Notes: generated by a model from the sequence alone, not told the origin. DNA of 64,000 nt from Candidatus Cryptoclostridium obscurum (GCA_904420535.1 CAJFVQ010000027.1:6990-70989), one strand, 5' to 3'; shown: positions 40,977 through 53,305, counted from the first letter of the stretch. Made by a program: numbers and translations.

Positions 40977-41975
40977 TTATTTGCCGGCGTAACCGGGGTC
41001 ATCTTTACGAATCAAATTGGACAAGGGTTTTTTATTAAAATCATGGATGGTTTCAATAAAACGAACCGTACCGGTTTTTGCCCGCATAATCAGAGAATGG
41101 GTGGTGGCCTTTTCACCGGAATAAACAACGCCGCGAAGCAAAGAACCGCTGGTAATACCTGTGGCACAGAAAATGATGTCATCGGTGGCAGCCAAATCTT
41201 CCATAGTCAAAAGCTTATTGTCGTCAGCTACGCCCATTTTGGCCATTCTTTCTCGATCCTCATCGTCTTCCGGCCAGAGACGTCCCTGCATATCACCGCC
41301 CATACATTTCAAAGCAGCGGCAGCTAACACGCCTTCGGGAGCGCCACCAACGCCGATCATCATATCAATTCCGGAATTTGGGAAAGCCGTGGCAACTGCA
41401 GGAGCCACGTCGCCATCGGTAATCAGCTGAATCCGACAGCCGCACTGGCGCAACTCGTCAATAATCTTTTGATGACGTTCCCGATCCAGCACCACAACGG
41501 TGACGTCTTGGACTTTTTTCCCAAGGGCTTCCGCAACATTGTTGACATTTTCCGTTACGGAAGCGTCAAGACTAATGCGGCCTTTGGCGGCAGGGCCAGC
41601 ACAAATCTTATCCATATACATATCAGGAGCATGAAGCAAACACTCCTTTTCCGCAGCTGCCAGCACTGCAATGGCTCCGGCCGCGCCTTTGGCTACCAAA
41701 TTGGTGCCTTCTAAAGGATCTACAGCAATATCCACCAAAGGAGATTCTGCATTTCCTAGGCGTTCACCAATATAAAGCATGGGGGCTTCATCCATTTCTC
41801 CTTCCCCAATCACAACGGTGCCGTGAATGGGAACAGTATCAAAAACAGCGCGCATCCCGCGAACTGCCGCATCATCAGCGGCAATTTTATTACCGCGTCC
41901 GCACCAATAACCGGAGGCCAGTGCAGCAGCTTCAGTCACGCGTACAAAATCCAGTGTCAATCCTCGTTCTAACAT
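40977..41975 (-). CDS. glpX: Fructose-1,6-bisphosphatase class II
   Basis: VIGEGEMDEAPML, DPLEGT, APDMYM, GGAPEGV. Confidence 0.96.
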   Translation of the reverse strand: MLERGLTLDFVRVTEAAALASGYWCGRGNKIAADDAAVRGMRAVFDTVPIHGTVVIGEGEMDEAPMLYIGERLGNAESPLVDIAVDPLEGTNLVAKGAAGAIAVLAAAEKECLLHAPDMYMDKICAGPAAKGRISLDASVTENVNNVAEALGKKVQDVTVVVLDRERHQKIIDELRQCGCRIQLITDGDVAPAVATAFPNSGIDMMIGVGGAPEGVLAAAALKCMGGDMQGRLWPEDDEDRERMAKMGVADDNKLLTMEDLAATDDIIFCATGITSGSLLRGVVYSGEKATTHSLIMRAKTGTVRFIETIHDFNKKPLSNLIRKDDPGYAGK

Positions 41976-41990
41976 GATAAATTCTCCTTA

Positions 41991-42644
41991 TCAGAGCCCT
42001 TGAATCCCGCTTTTGGCCCAGTCCGCTTTGAATTTTTCCAAGCCGACGTCGGTCAAAGGATGGGCTACCATCTTTTTAAAAATCCCATAAGGGATGGTTG
42101 CAATATCGGCGCCGGCCACAGCAGCGTCGGTTACATCCCGCGCCGAGCGAATACTGGCGGCGATGATTTTTGTTTTTAATTGATATTGCTGAAAAATCAG
42201 TTTGATCTCTTCCACCAAAGCCTTTCCTTCCGCGCCGATGTCGTCAACACGTCCCACAAATGGGCTAACGTAGGTAGCACCGGCTTTGGCCGCAAGTAAT
42301 GCCTGGTTAGCGGAAAAAATCAACGTTAAATTCGTTTGAAATCCCTCTGCCGAAAGGACTTTCAATGCCTTTAGTCCCTCTTCCGTTAAAGGAAGTTTGA
42401 TGACGACATTATCGCCGTATTTTTTTAAATGACGGGCATCTTCAATCATGGAATCGGCAGTTTCACCGAGGACCTCAAGACTCAAAGGCCCTGTGACATA
42501 ATTTTCTGCTTCCCTCATGAAAACCGCCACGGGAATTTTTTCTTTTGCCAGCAAAGATGGGTTAGTCGTGAGACCCGCCAAAACCCCCCAGGAGGCAATT
42601 TCCTTAATTTCCTCCAAATTTGCCGTATCTAAATACAGTTCCAT
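41991..42644 (-). CDS. tal: Transaldolase / fructose-6-phosphate aldolase
   Basis: LDTAN, TTNPSL, YVSPFVGR, AASIR. Confidence 0.9.
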   Translation of the reverse strand: MELYLDTANLEEIKEIASWGVLAGLTTNPSLLAKEKIPVAVFMREAENYVTGPLSLEVLGETADSMIEDARHLKKYGDNVVIKLPLTEEGLKALKVLSAEGFQTNLTLIFSANQALLAAKAGATYVSPFVGRVDDIGAEGKALVEEIKLIFQQYQLKTKIIAASIRSARDVTDAAVAGADIATIPYGIFKKMVAHPLTDVGLEKFKADWAKSGIQGL

Positions 42645-42668
42645 GAGATACCTCCGTATTGATAAAAA

Positions 42669-43604
42669 TTATGCTTTCCCGTCGCATCCCAAAACATGGA
42701 TCAATTTATGTTTTACCAATTCCTTGATATTGGCACGAGCTGGTTTCAGATATTGACGAGGGTCAAAATGATCAGGATGTTCATTCATATATTGGCGAAT
42801 GGTACCGGTCATGGCGAGCCGCAGGTCCGAATCAATATTAATTTTGCAAACAGCCATTTTTGCAGCCTGACGCAGCATATCTTCGGGAACGCCAATGGCG
42901 TTGGGCATGGCACCGCCGTTATCATTGATCATTTTCACATACTCGGGAATCACAGAAGAAGCGCCGTGAAGCACAATGGGGAATCCCGGCAAACGCTCTC
43001 CGACTTTTTCCAAAATATCAAAACGCAGCTGCGGTTTTTGGCCGGGTTTGAACTTATAAGCGCCATGGCTGGTGCCAATGGCGATTGCCAAGGAATCAAC
43101 CCCTGTACGAGACACAAATTCCTCCACTTCCTCGGGACGGGTATAAGAAGCGTCGGCATCGGAGACATTGACGTCATCCTCAATCCCCGCCAAGCGTCCC
43201 AATTCTCCTTCGACAACAACGCCGTGATCATGGGCATAATCGACAACCTCTTTGGTTAAATTGATATTATCCTCAAAACTCAATTTGCTGCCGTCGATCA
43301 TCACAGAAGTGAAACCGCCGTCAATGCAGGATTTGCACAATTCAAAACTATCACCGTGATCCAGATGAAGACAGATAGGAAGTCCTGTTTCGATTTCCGC
43401 CGCCTCCACAAGTTTCATCAAATACGTATGGTTCGCATATTTCCGCGCACCGGCGGACACCTGCAAGATCAGGGGTGCATGAACTTCTTTGGCGGCTTCG
43501 GTGATTCCCTGGATAATTTCCATGTTATTCACATTAAAAGCACCGATTGCATAACCACCCTCATAAGCTTTTTGAAACATTTCCGTAGAAGTTACCAATG
43601 GCAT
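42669..43604 (-). CDS. fba: Class II fructose-bisphosphate aldolase
   Basis: HLDHG, SVMIDGS, GTSHGAYK, VLHGAS. Confidence 0.96.
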   Translation of the reverse strand: MPLVTSTEMFQKAYEGGYAIGAFNVNNMEIIQGITEAAKEVHAPLILQVSAGARKYANHTYLMKLVEAAEIETGLPICLHLDHGDSFELCKSCIDGGFTSVMIDGSKLSFEDNINLTKEVVDYAHDHGVVVEGELGRLAGIEDDVNVSDADASYTRPEEVEEFVSRTGVDSLAIAIGTSHGAYKFKPGQKPQLRFDILEKVGERLPGFPIVLHGASSVIPEYVKMINDNGGAMPNAIGVPEDMLRQAAKMAVCKINIDSDLRLAMTGTIRQYMNEHPDHFDPRQYLKPARANIKELVKHKLIHVLGCDGKA

Positions 43605-43620
43605 AGTAATTTTCTCCCCT

Positions 43621-44739
43621 TTACATATAAATTTTTTTTACCGTTGGTGCCGTAGCCGTTCGGCGCAGAGGCACATCAACAATATCGCCGACTCCGGCGT
43701 CGGTATGTTCAAGGGAAACCACTGTGGTCTGCATGGCAATACGGCCGATGACAGGCAACGGTTTTTTCCCATAGTAAACTTGATGATTGGGTCGTTTTCG
43801 CAAAAAGCCGCGGAACAATCTCAGCCCTTGCTTTACAAAAACCTTGAAAGAAACGTTGTTCAACGGGGGCTGCACCCCAAACCCGTCATGATACCCTACG
43901 GGGATGACGCCAAGACGCATTTGGGAACGAACACGAAAATCCGCGCCATAACCCACGGTCTCTCCGGGAGCGACTTGGCGCGTTTCCAAAATTCTGGCCT
44001 TAGCCTGCCATGTGGGACGCAGATCTATGGTTCCCTGCAAAAAAGCGGCGGGGAATTGGCCGTAAAGCAACGTACCCACCCGTACATAATCCCAACGCGC
44101 TTCCGGATGGGTGATGGCGCCGGCACTGTTGCAAAGATGAACATCAAAATCATAATCCACACAGGATCTGATTTTTTCCACCGCATCATGAAATTTCTTG
44201 ATCTGCGCAGTCGTTTGTGGATGATCCTTTCGCAGTGCCGTAGGCAAATGGGAAAAGACGCCTGCCAAAAACAAATTGGGATACGATTGCAACGCAGCAA
44301 GGAGATCCTCAATTTCATCACAGTCAACACCAAAGCGGTTCATTCCCGTATTGACTTTCAAATGAAAACCGACGCTCCGATCTCCTGCAGCCTGGGATAA
44401 AGCCTTCAAATTCTCCATCCGATCCAATGATGGCATCAGATCCAAAGAAACGATCTCTTTATAATATTCCGGCAACGCCGGAGTCATTAACAATACCGGC
44501 ATTTTTATGCCGTTTTCCCTCAAAAGTTTTCCCTCGCCAAAATGGCTCACAGCCAGATAATCAGCACCATGGGATTCCAAAGCCTTGGCCGTTTCCACCA
44601 TACCGTGACCGTAAGCATCGGCCTTCACCACGGCCATGACGCCTTTTTTTCCGCCAACAGTTTTACGCACCGCATCATAATTGGCGCAGAGGTTTTCAAG
44701 ATTTACTTCGATCCAAAAATCTTCGTTGCGATAAGACAT
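43621..44739 (-). CDS. alr: Alanine racemase family protein
   Basis: AVVKADAYGHG, TGMNRFG, VGYG. Confidence 0.88.
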   Translation of the reverse strand: MSYRNEDFWIEVNLENLCANYDAVRKTVGGKKGVMAVVKADAYGHGMVETAKALESHGADYLAVSHFGEGKLLRENGIKMPVLLMTPALPEYYKEIVSLDLMPSLDRMENLKALSQAAGDRSVGFHLKVNTGMNRFGVDCDEIEDLLAALQSYPNLFLAGVFSHLPTALRKDHPQTTAQIKKFHDAVEKIRSCVDYDFDVHLCNSAGAITHPEARWDYVRVGTLLYGQFPAAFLQGTIDLRPTWQAKARILETRQVAPGETVGYGADFRVRSQMRLGVIPVGYHDGFGVQPPLNNVSFKVFVKQGLRLFRGFLRKRPNHQVYYGKKPLPVIGRIAMQTTVVSLEHTDAGVGDIVDVPLRRTATAPTVKKIYM

Positions 44740-45836
44740 TATTTTCCCTTTCCAAGGGCACCTTTCATTTTCTTTTTGGCGCGAATCAGTTTCCGTACAC
44801 CACTATAATACATCGGTTCAAAAGTTTCGTAAAGTTTATAAAAGAGTTGATTATATACCAAATCATATTCACCGATGAATTCCACATAGTCCCCGTTAAA
44901 TCCTTTTTTAAATTTATAGAGTCCATACAAAGGATGTTCCGGCGGCACATGGCCGGGGACGCCACGGAAGTCATACATCACGCATCCACGTTCTTTGGAC
45001 CAACGAATCATTTCCCACTGGATCAAATAATTGGGCATGACGTTGCGGTGGGCATTGGAAGAAGCGCCATAAATATACCAAGAGCGGTTGCCAAATTTAA
45101 ACAACAATGTTCCGGCGATCATCTCGCCTTCATAATAGGCGAGGAACAGATTGCCCAGTCCCTTGGGGACGAGATAGTCGTACATATCCTCAAAATAAGA
45201 ATAGGGGCGGATCAAAAACTTATCACGCTCTGCCGTAACTTTCATTAAATCATAAAATTCCGCCAGTTTGGAGCGGTCGGGATTCGTATCGATGGTCACA
45301 CCTTTTCGCCCTGCCAAACGCAGATTGTAGCGGGTTTTCTGGTGCATATTTTTCATTAACGTCTCTTCGTCGGGGGTAATGTCGAGACGAAACACAAAAC
45401 GTGGTTGAACTCCTTCAAATCCAGAGCCGCTTTTGGGCTTTTGGAATCCATAGTCTTTGAAAAAGGCCTGCCAATCTTCATTTTCAATGGGAATATCGGG
45501 ATCAACCTTTAAATAAATGGCATTTCGTTCCTTGGCGATCCGTTTGATTTCAGACATCAAAAATGCCACGACTTTTTTCTCTTTGATGTGAACGACGGGG
45601 CCGCGAGGCGCATAAAAAATTGTTTTTCCCATAGGGACACTGCGCTGTAAAATAGAAATGGCGGCAACGGGAGTTTCGTCGTCGAATACTAAGAGACGAA
45701 TTGGAACCCAAGAGCCTTTTCCTTTGATCTCTCCCCATTCATAACTCTGGAGAATATGGCCCTTTTCTGTATGATTGGCCACAAAATCATTATATAATTC
45801 CCTGTCTTTTTCTTCAATGATTCGGGATGATAGCAA
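44739..45836 (-). CDS. FemABX-family peptidoglycan bridge aminoacyltransferase
   Basis: HILQSYEW, YAPRGP, KTRYN, YGASS, YDFRG, FKKGF. Confidence 0.9.
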   Translation of the reverse strand: MLSSRIIEEKDRELYNDFVANHTEKGHILQSYEWGEIKGKGSWVPIRLLVFDDETPVAAISILQRSVPMGKTIFYAPRGPVVHIKEKKVVAFLMSEIKRIAKERNAIYLKVDPDIPIENEDWQAFFKDYGFQKPKSGSGFEGVQPRFVFRLDITPDEETLMKNMHQKTRYNLRLAGRKGVTIDTNPDRSKLAEFYDLMKVTAERDKFLIRPYSYFEDMYDYLVPKGLGNLFLAYYEGEMIAGTLLFKFGNRSWYIYGASSNAHRNVMPNYLIQWEMIRWSKERGCVMYDFRGVPGHVPPEHPLYGLYKFKKGFNGDYVEFIGEYDLVYNQLFYKLYETFEPMYYSGVRKLIRAKKKMKGALGKGK

Positions 45837-45872
45837 AACAGAACTCCTTTCTTGCGGTTCGCTTCATTTATT

Positions 45873-47534
<1,662 letters not shown>

Positions 47535-49268
47535 TTACATTTCATTGGGAGCATGAACGCCCAAGATCGTTAAAACATTTTTAATGGCAATGGCCGTCGC
47601 CTTGGATAATCCCAAACGGGCATTGCGCAGTTTTTCATCATCCGTATTGACTCTGCAGTGATTATAAAAGCTGTGAAACGTGGAGGCCAGATCATGAAGA
47701 TACGTACAAAGACGGTGGGGTTCCAGGGTCTGGGCAGCCGATGCAATTTCCTCGGGTAAGTCCGCCAGTTTTTTTAACAGAGCCAGTTCTTGATTTTCTA
47801 TTAATACGCCGTAATCCACAGTTTGAAAATCGGGAAGCTGATACCCCTGGGCCTCCGCCTGCCGTAAAATACTGCAAATTCTGGCATGAGCATATTGCAC
47901 ATAAAACACAGGATTATCCGAAGACTGCGATTTTGCCAGATCTAAATCAAAGTCCATAGCACTGTCTGGATTACGCATCACGAAAAAATACCGAGCAGCG
48001 TCGTAGCCAACTTCTTCCACCAGGTCCTCTAAAGTCACATACTGTCCCGAACGTTTGGACATTCGCACCAGTTCACCGTTGCGATACAATTTTACCAATT
48101 GCATTAAAATGACGGTGAGCGATTGGGGATCATACCCGAATAGACTTACGGCACGCTTCATTCTGGCCACATGGCCGTGATGATCTGCCCCCCAAATATT
48201 GATCACACGATCGAATCCGCGGTCGAATTTATCGCGATGGTAGGCAATATCTGCGGCAAAATAAGTAGGAATGCCGTTGGCCCGAACAAGCACATCATCT
48301 TTGTCCTCTAAATTTACGTGCTCCCCATTTTTCGATGGTTTCTTCTTTCCGCTCTCTTCTCGGTGTTCTGCTTTCAGTAAAATGCTGCCATCTTCCCCCC
48401 GGTACGCATAGCCCTTTTCCAATAAATAATCGACGGCCGCCTGGACTTTTCCCGAGTCATGAAGAGATTGCTCAGAAAACCAAACATCAAAATGAACGCC
48501 GTACATGGCCATAACATTTTGAATGGCTGCCAACTTCTCTTTCAAAGCGTATTTTGACAGGGTCTCCTCCCTCTCTTACTGGGATTTACCGCGAAGCTCG
48601 TCCCCATGTTCCGCACGGTAATGTTTCACCGTTTCGATGATATCATCGCCGTGGTACCCTTCCTCCGGGAAAAGGACATCTTCCCCCATCAATTGCAAAA
48701 AACGGGCATCCAGTGATTTCCCCAATAGTCGAATTTGGTTCCCGGCATCGTTGATGTAAAATTCTTTTTCCACATCGTAACCGGCGAATTGCAGCAAATT
48801 TCCCAGGGAATCGCCGATGGCACCACCGCGAGCATTCCCCATGTGCAAAAGCCCTGTGGGATTCGCGCTAACAAATTCTACCTGTACTTTCATGCCTTTT
48901 CCCAATTCCACGGAGCCGAATTTTTCACCCATTTCATGAACGACAGCAGGTACTCTGTAAAGCCAGTCATGATTGAGAAAAAAATTGATAAAGCCGGCCC
49001 CCGCCACTTCTGTTTTGGCAATATATGAGCCGGTAATATCCAATTCGGAGAGAATTGTCTCTGCTATTTTTCTCGGTGCCATCCGGGCTTCTTTGGCCAT
49101 TGCCATGGCCAAATTGGTGGCAAAATCCCCGTGTTCTTTTTCCCGGGGAGTTTCAATGACGTAGGCAGGCAACACTTCATACGATAATGTACCTTTCTTT
49201 TTGGCCATCGCCAAAGCGGCCTCCAGCCGTTTGATCAAATCTTGTTTAATCTCTTCGATAAATCTCAT
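47535..49268 (-). CDS. argS: Arginine--tRNA ligase interrupted by one in-frame TAA at 48576-48578
   Basis: SANPTGLLHMGN, WGADHHGH, MSKRSG, YVQYAHAR; the two ORFs share a frame. Confidence 0.9.
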
Positions 49269-49538
49269 GGTTCCTCCGTGTTTATTGATCGAATTCCATC
49301 AAAAATGGAATCACCACATCTATTTTTCGCCAAAATAAAGGGGAAAATACAAAAGTGATTCTGATCTATAAAATTTTAACGTAAAAACTCACCATAATAA
49401 TACAAGGCAAATCTTTAATTATTATATCATAGAATCCACAATATTTCTCGGGTTTTTTTAAATTTTTTTATTTTTTTCAAATTAGTAAAAAGAGAACGCT
49501 CCGTAAAAATGACGGAACAACTCAATAAGGGAGATCTA

Positions 49539-49567
49539 TTGACATAAATATTCATCTATACTAAAAT
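49539..49567 (+). promoter_or_regulatory. SigA promoter of lysA
   Basis: TTGACA-17-TAAAAT. Confidence 0.7.
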
Positions 49568-49612
49568 AAATTGATATGCGCACCTAATTAAAAACGATGG
49601 AGAACTGATATT

Positions 49613-50854
49613 ATGAAAAAAACTCTTCCTTTTACTCGTGAGGAATTGCAAACAATGATAGATCAATACCCCACTCCTTTTTATATCTATGACGAACAAG
49701 CCATTCGGGCAAATGCTCGCGCTTTTAATGAGGCTTTTGCTGATTTCCCCGCGTTTCAAGAATATTTTGCGGTAAAAGCCGCTCCCACTCCCGGGCTTCT
49801 GGAGTTGTTCCGAGAGGAAGGTTGCGGCGTTGATTGTAGTTCTTTGGCGGAATTGATTTTAGCAGAGCAGTCGGGCTTTCGTGGGGATGATATCTTTTTG
49901 ACGTCCAACGATACCCCTGCGGAGGAATTCCAAAAAGCTATGGAATTAGGGGCCATCATCAATCTTGATGATATTTCTCACATTGACTATTTGGAAGAAC
50001 ATGTAGGGATCCCAGATACCATCTGTTTTCGCTATAATCCCGGCCCTCTCCGTACCGGCAATGACATCATCGGCAATCCCGTAGAGGCAAAATATGGGCT
50101 TACCCGTGAGCAGCTGATGGAAGGCTACCGTACGATGAAAGAAAAAGGCGTCAAACGTTTTCTGGTTCATACGATGGTCGCGTCCAATGAATTGAATATT
50201 GATTACTTTTTGGAAACTGCTAAAATGATGTTTGATCTGGTAGCAGAAATCAAAGCCAAAACCGGTGTAGAAATTGATGCCGTCAATCTAGGCGGCGGTC
50301 TTGGGATTCCTTACTTTCCTGAGGACAAGCCCATTGACTTACACACCTTAGCCCAGGGAATCAAAAACTTATATCAGGAAAAAATTATTGATCAGGGATT
50401 AAAACCGGCGAAAATCTGTTTTGAAAGCGGTCGCATGATGACAGGACCTTACGGATACTTGGTAACAAAAATGATTCATAAAAAAGAAACTTACAAAAAC
50501 TATGCTTGTCTGGACGCCTGTATGGCTAATTTGATGCGCCCGGCGCTTTACGGCGCATACCACCATATCACGGTTTTGGGCAAAGAAAAATGTCCTCGGG
50601 ATCATAAATATGATGTGGTCGGCTCACTTTGCGAGAATAACGATAAATTTGCCATTGACCGCTATTTACCAAAATTAGAGATTGGGGATATTCTCGTTTT
50701 TCACGACGTCGGCGCTCATGGCCACGCTATGGGATTTAATTACAACGGAAAACTACGTTCCGCAGAAATCCTTTGGCAAGGAGGCAAACAAAGCAAAATG
50801 ATCCGTCGGGCTGAGACCTTGGATGATTATTTTGCAACGCTTCGCTTTTCATGA
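49613..50854 (+). CDS. lysA: Diaminopimelate decarboxylase
   Basis: TPFYIYDE, FAVKA, NLGGG, ESGR, GSLCENND. Confidence 0.92.
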   Translation: MKKTLPFTREELQTMIDQYPTPFYIYDEQAIRANARAFNEAFADFPAFQEYFAVKAAPTPGLLELFREEGCGVDCSSLAELILAEQSGFRGDDIFLTSNDTPAEEFQKAMELGAIINLDDISHIDYLEEHVGIPDTICFRYNPGPLRTGNDIIGNPVEAKYGLTREQLMEGYRTMKEKGVKRFLVHTMVASNELNIDYFLETAKMMFDLVAEIKAKTGVEIDAVNLGGGLGIPYFPEDKPIDLHTLAQGIKNLYQEKIIDQGLKPAKICFESGRMMTGPYGYLVTKMIHKKETYKNYACLDACMANLMRPALYGAYHHITVLGKEKCPRDHKYDVVGSLCENNDKFAIDRYLPKLEIGDILVFHDVGAHGHAMGFNYNGKLRSAEILWQGGKQSKMIRRAETLDDYFATLRFS

Positions 50855-50992
50855 TCGTCTTTTTGCCCTAAGATGACTGTTTTCAAATAAAATTACGACA
50901 CTGATTGAAAAATTTTGCCTGAAAGTTATGAAAACCTTGTATTTTACTATGATTTATGGTATAAAGAATGCGGAAGAGAAAGGAGAATCGCT

Positions 50993-51739
50993 ATGTTAGA
51001 ACTCAAAAATGTCAGCTGGCAAGTAGAAGACGAACAGGGGCAGACTGATATTATCAATGACATCAGCCTTACTCTGGAAGATAATAAATTATATGTAGTA
51101 ACAGGTCCCAACGGCGGAGGGAAAAGCACATTAGCCAAACTGATTATGGGGATCCTTGAGCCCACTTCCGGTCAAATCCTTTTCAACGGACAAGACATTA
51201 CCCATATGGACCTCACCGATCGCGCTCGTTTAAATATTGGTTACGCTTTTCAATCGCCACCTGTCTTTAAAGGTATCAAAGTCAAAGAATTGCTGGAGAT
51301 CGCTGCCAACGGAAAAAAAATCGATGCTATGCAGCTTCTGTTCGATGTCGGTCTCTGCGCCGGAGAATATATTGACAGAGAAATGGACTCCGGTCTTTCC
51401 GGCGGGGAACTGAAACGTATCGAAATTGCCACCATTCTCGCCCGCAAATTAGACTTGGCCTTATTTGACGAGCCGGAAGCAGGCATTGACCTCTGGAGTT
51501 TCCAACGCTTGGCAGAAACCTTCGGCAAAATGCACCGCGATAGCGATATGACGTTGCTAATCATTTCCCACCAGGAACGGATCATGGAACTTGCTGATGA
51601 AATTATTGTAATTGAAAACGGCAAGATCAAAGAAATTACCGACAAACGCGCATTTTTAAATGAAATCATGGCGCAATCGGCAGAATCTGGCTGCGCTTGT
51701 GGGGAAAGCTGCATTCCCTCGAAAGGAGGTTGTCGTTGA
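50993..51739 (+). CDS. SufC-like ABC ATPase with Cys-rich tail
   Basis: GPNGGGKST, LSGGE, DEPEAGID, C-terminal CACGESC. Confidence 0.85.
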   Translation: MLELKNVSWQVEDEQGQTDIINDISLTLEDNKLYVVTGPNGGGKSTLAKLIMGILEPTSGQILFNGQDITHMDLTDRARLNIGYAFQSPPVFKGIKVKELLEIAANGKKIDAMQLLFDVGLCAGEYIDREMDSGLSGGELKRIEIATILARKLDLALFDEPEAGIDLWSFQRLAETFGKMHRDSDMTLLIISHQERIMELADEIIVIENGKIKEITDKRAFLNEIMAQSAESGCACGESCIPSKGGCR

Positions 51740-52662
51740 TGCTCGATATTATTGACAAAGGACTGCTTCAAGCAGTGGCGGATCTCAGTGATATTCCCAT
51801 TACTGGAGCATATAATATCAGAAAAAATGGACAAGGAGTCTCCCGCCGTTCCACAGAAAATATTCAGATCATTCCCAAAACCGATAAACCTGGCATTGAT
51901 ATCAATATCAAATCCAACACCAAAGGAGAACAGGTTCACATTCCCGTCATCCTCAGCGCCGAAGGAATGCATGATACTGTCTACAATACTTTCAACATCG
52001 GTCACGATGCCGATGTTGTGATCGTGGCAGGATGCGGAATCCACAACGACTGCGACACTGAAGAAGGCCATAACGGTATCCATGAATTTTTCATTGGCAA
52101 AAACGCCAAAGTGAAATACGTAGAAAAGCACTACGGAGAGGGCAGCGGCAAGGGGAAACGAGTTTTAAACCCCACCACAAAACTGTATATCGGCGAAGGT
52201 GCTCAAGTAGAATTGGAAATGGTACAAATTTCCGGTGTTGATAACACAATCCGTGATACGGAGATTGAATTAGAAAAAAATGCACGGCTGACCATTATCG
52301 AACGCCTTCTCACCGAAGAAGAACAAAATGCCGATTCCATCATTAATGTAAAACTAATTGGGGAAGAATCCAGTGCCCGCATTATGTCACGTTCCGTGGC
52401 AAAAGGTGATTCTAAGCAGTTGTTCCATTTGAACCTTACCGGTGAAAACGCCTGCCGCGGTCATATCCAATGCGATTCTATCATCATGGACAACGCCAAG
52501 GTGGAATCCATCCCCAAAATCACCGCCCATCACAGCGACGCCCAATTGATCCATGAAGCGGCCATCGGCAAGATTGCCGGCACTCAGCTTTTAAAATTGA
52601 TGTCCCTAGGGCTTACCGCTGAAGAAGCAGAGGACACCATTTTACAGGGATTTTTAAAATAA
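51739..52662 (+). CDS. SufB/SufD-family Fe-S assembly protein
   Basis: Beta-helix pattern, GHIQCD, HEAAIGKIA, LMSLGL. Confidence 0.88.
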   Translation: MLDIIDKGLLQAVADLSDIPITGAYNIRKNGQGVSRRSTENIQIIPKTDKPGIDINIKSNTKGEQVHIPVILSAEGMHDTVYNTFNIGHDADVVIVAGCGIHNDCDTEEGHNGIHEFFIGKNAKVKYVEKHYGEGSGKGKRVLNPTTKLYIGEGAQVELEMVQISGVDNTIRDTEIELEKNARLTIIERLLTEEEQNADSIINVKLIGEESSARIMSRSVAKGDSKQLFHLNLTGENACRGHIQCDSIIMDNAKVESIPKITAHHSDAQLIHEAAIGKIAGTQLLKLMSLGLTAEEAEDTILQGFLK

Positions 52663-52673
52663 ATTTAAAATAG

Positions 52674-52710
52674 AAATGAAAACCACCGGCTAAGCCGGTG
52701 GTTTTCATTT
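52674..52710. terminator. Intrinsic terminator
   Basis: AAATGAAAACCACCGGC-TAA-GCCGGTGGTTTTCATTT. Confidence 0.85.
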
Positions 52711-52739
52711 CCAAAAGTTATCTTTTTTTTCAAAAACCT

Positions 52740-52769
52740 GAATAAAAGCTCTGTACTTCGGTCATACTA
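52740..52769 (+). promoter_or_regulatory. SigG-type promoter
   Basis: GAATA-18-CATACTA. Confidence 0.7.
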
Positions 52770-52792
52770 AGGAAAAATTTAGGAGGAAAAAA

Positions 52793-53305
52793 ATGAAAAA
52801 AACTCGTCTTACTTTTTTAATCCTGGCCTTTGCCATGGTTTTAAGCATCTTTGCTCTGGCAGGGTGCAGCAACAATGACACGACGGAAGAAAATAATACC
52901 CAAACAGAGGAAGACGCCAATATGGACGCCGATCGTGAAGACGGCACCAATGACCTCAGCAATGGAGACAGTGAAAGCAGTGATGCTAATAACGACATTA
53001 CCTTGACCATTGACAGCCCCGGAGAAGAGGAAACTATCTCCGACAGCGTTACCGTCATTGGTAAAGCTGAAGGCGACGTCAAATCAGTTAAATGTGTGAT
53101 TACATCCAACGGCACTCACATTGGTGAGGGAACTTCCTTAGTAGCCGACGTAAGCCATGAATACAGTGCAAAAGTTAACTGCACTCTACCCGATGACATG
53201 GAACGCGGTGAAGATGGTACCATTCAAGCCGAATTAAAAGTTACAGCATTGGACAGTTCTGATCAAGAACTAAAATCGGAAACACGCACCATTACCATGA
53301 AATAA
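52793..53305 (+). CDS. Lipoprotein with Ig-like (Gmad2-like) domain
   Basis: LAGC lipobox, acidic linker, ITLTIDSPGEEETISDSVTVIGKA. Confidence 0.7.
   Translation: MKKTRLTFLILAFAMVLSIFALAGCSNNDTTEENNTQTEEDANMDADREDGTNDLSNGDSESSDANNDITLTIDSPGEEETISDSVTVIGKAEGDVKSVKCVITSNGTHIGEGTSLVADVSHEYSAKVNCTLPDDMERGEDGTIQAELKVTALDSSDQELKSETRTITMK

Noticed and set aside
49539-49556. ARG box over the lysA promoter
   Set aside because: Only one good half-site (ATTCA) in AT-rich DNA; insufficient support
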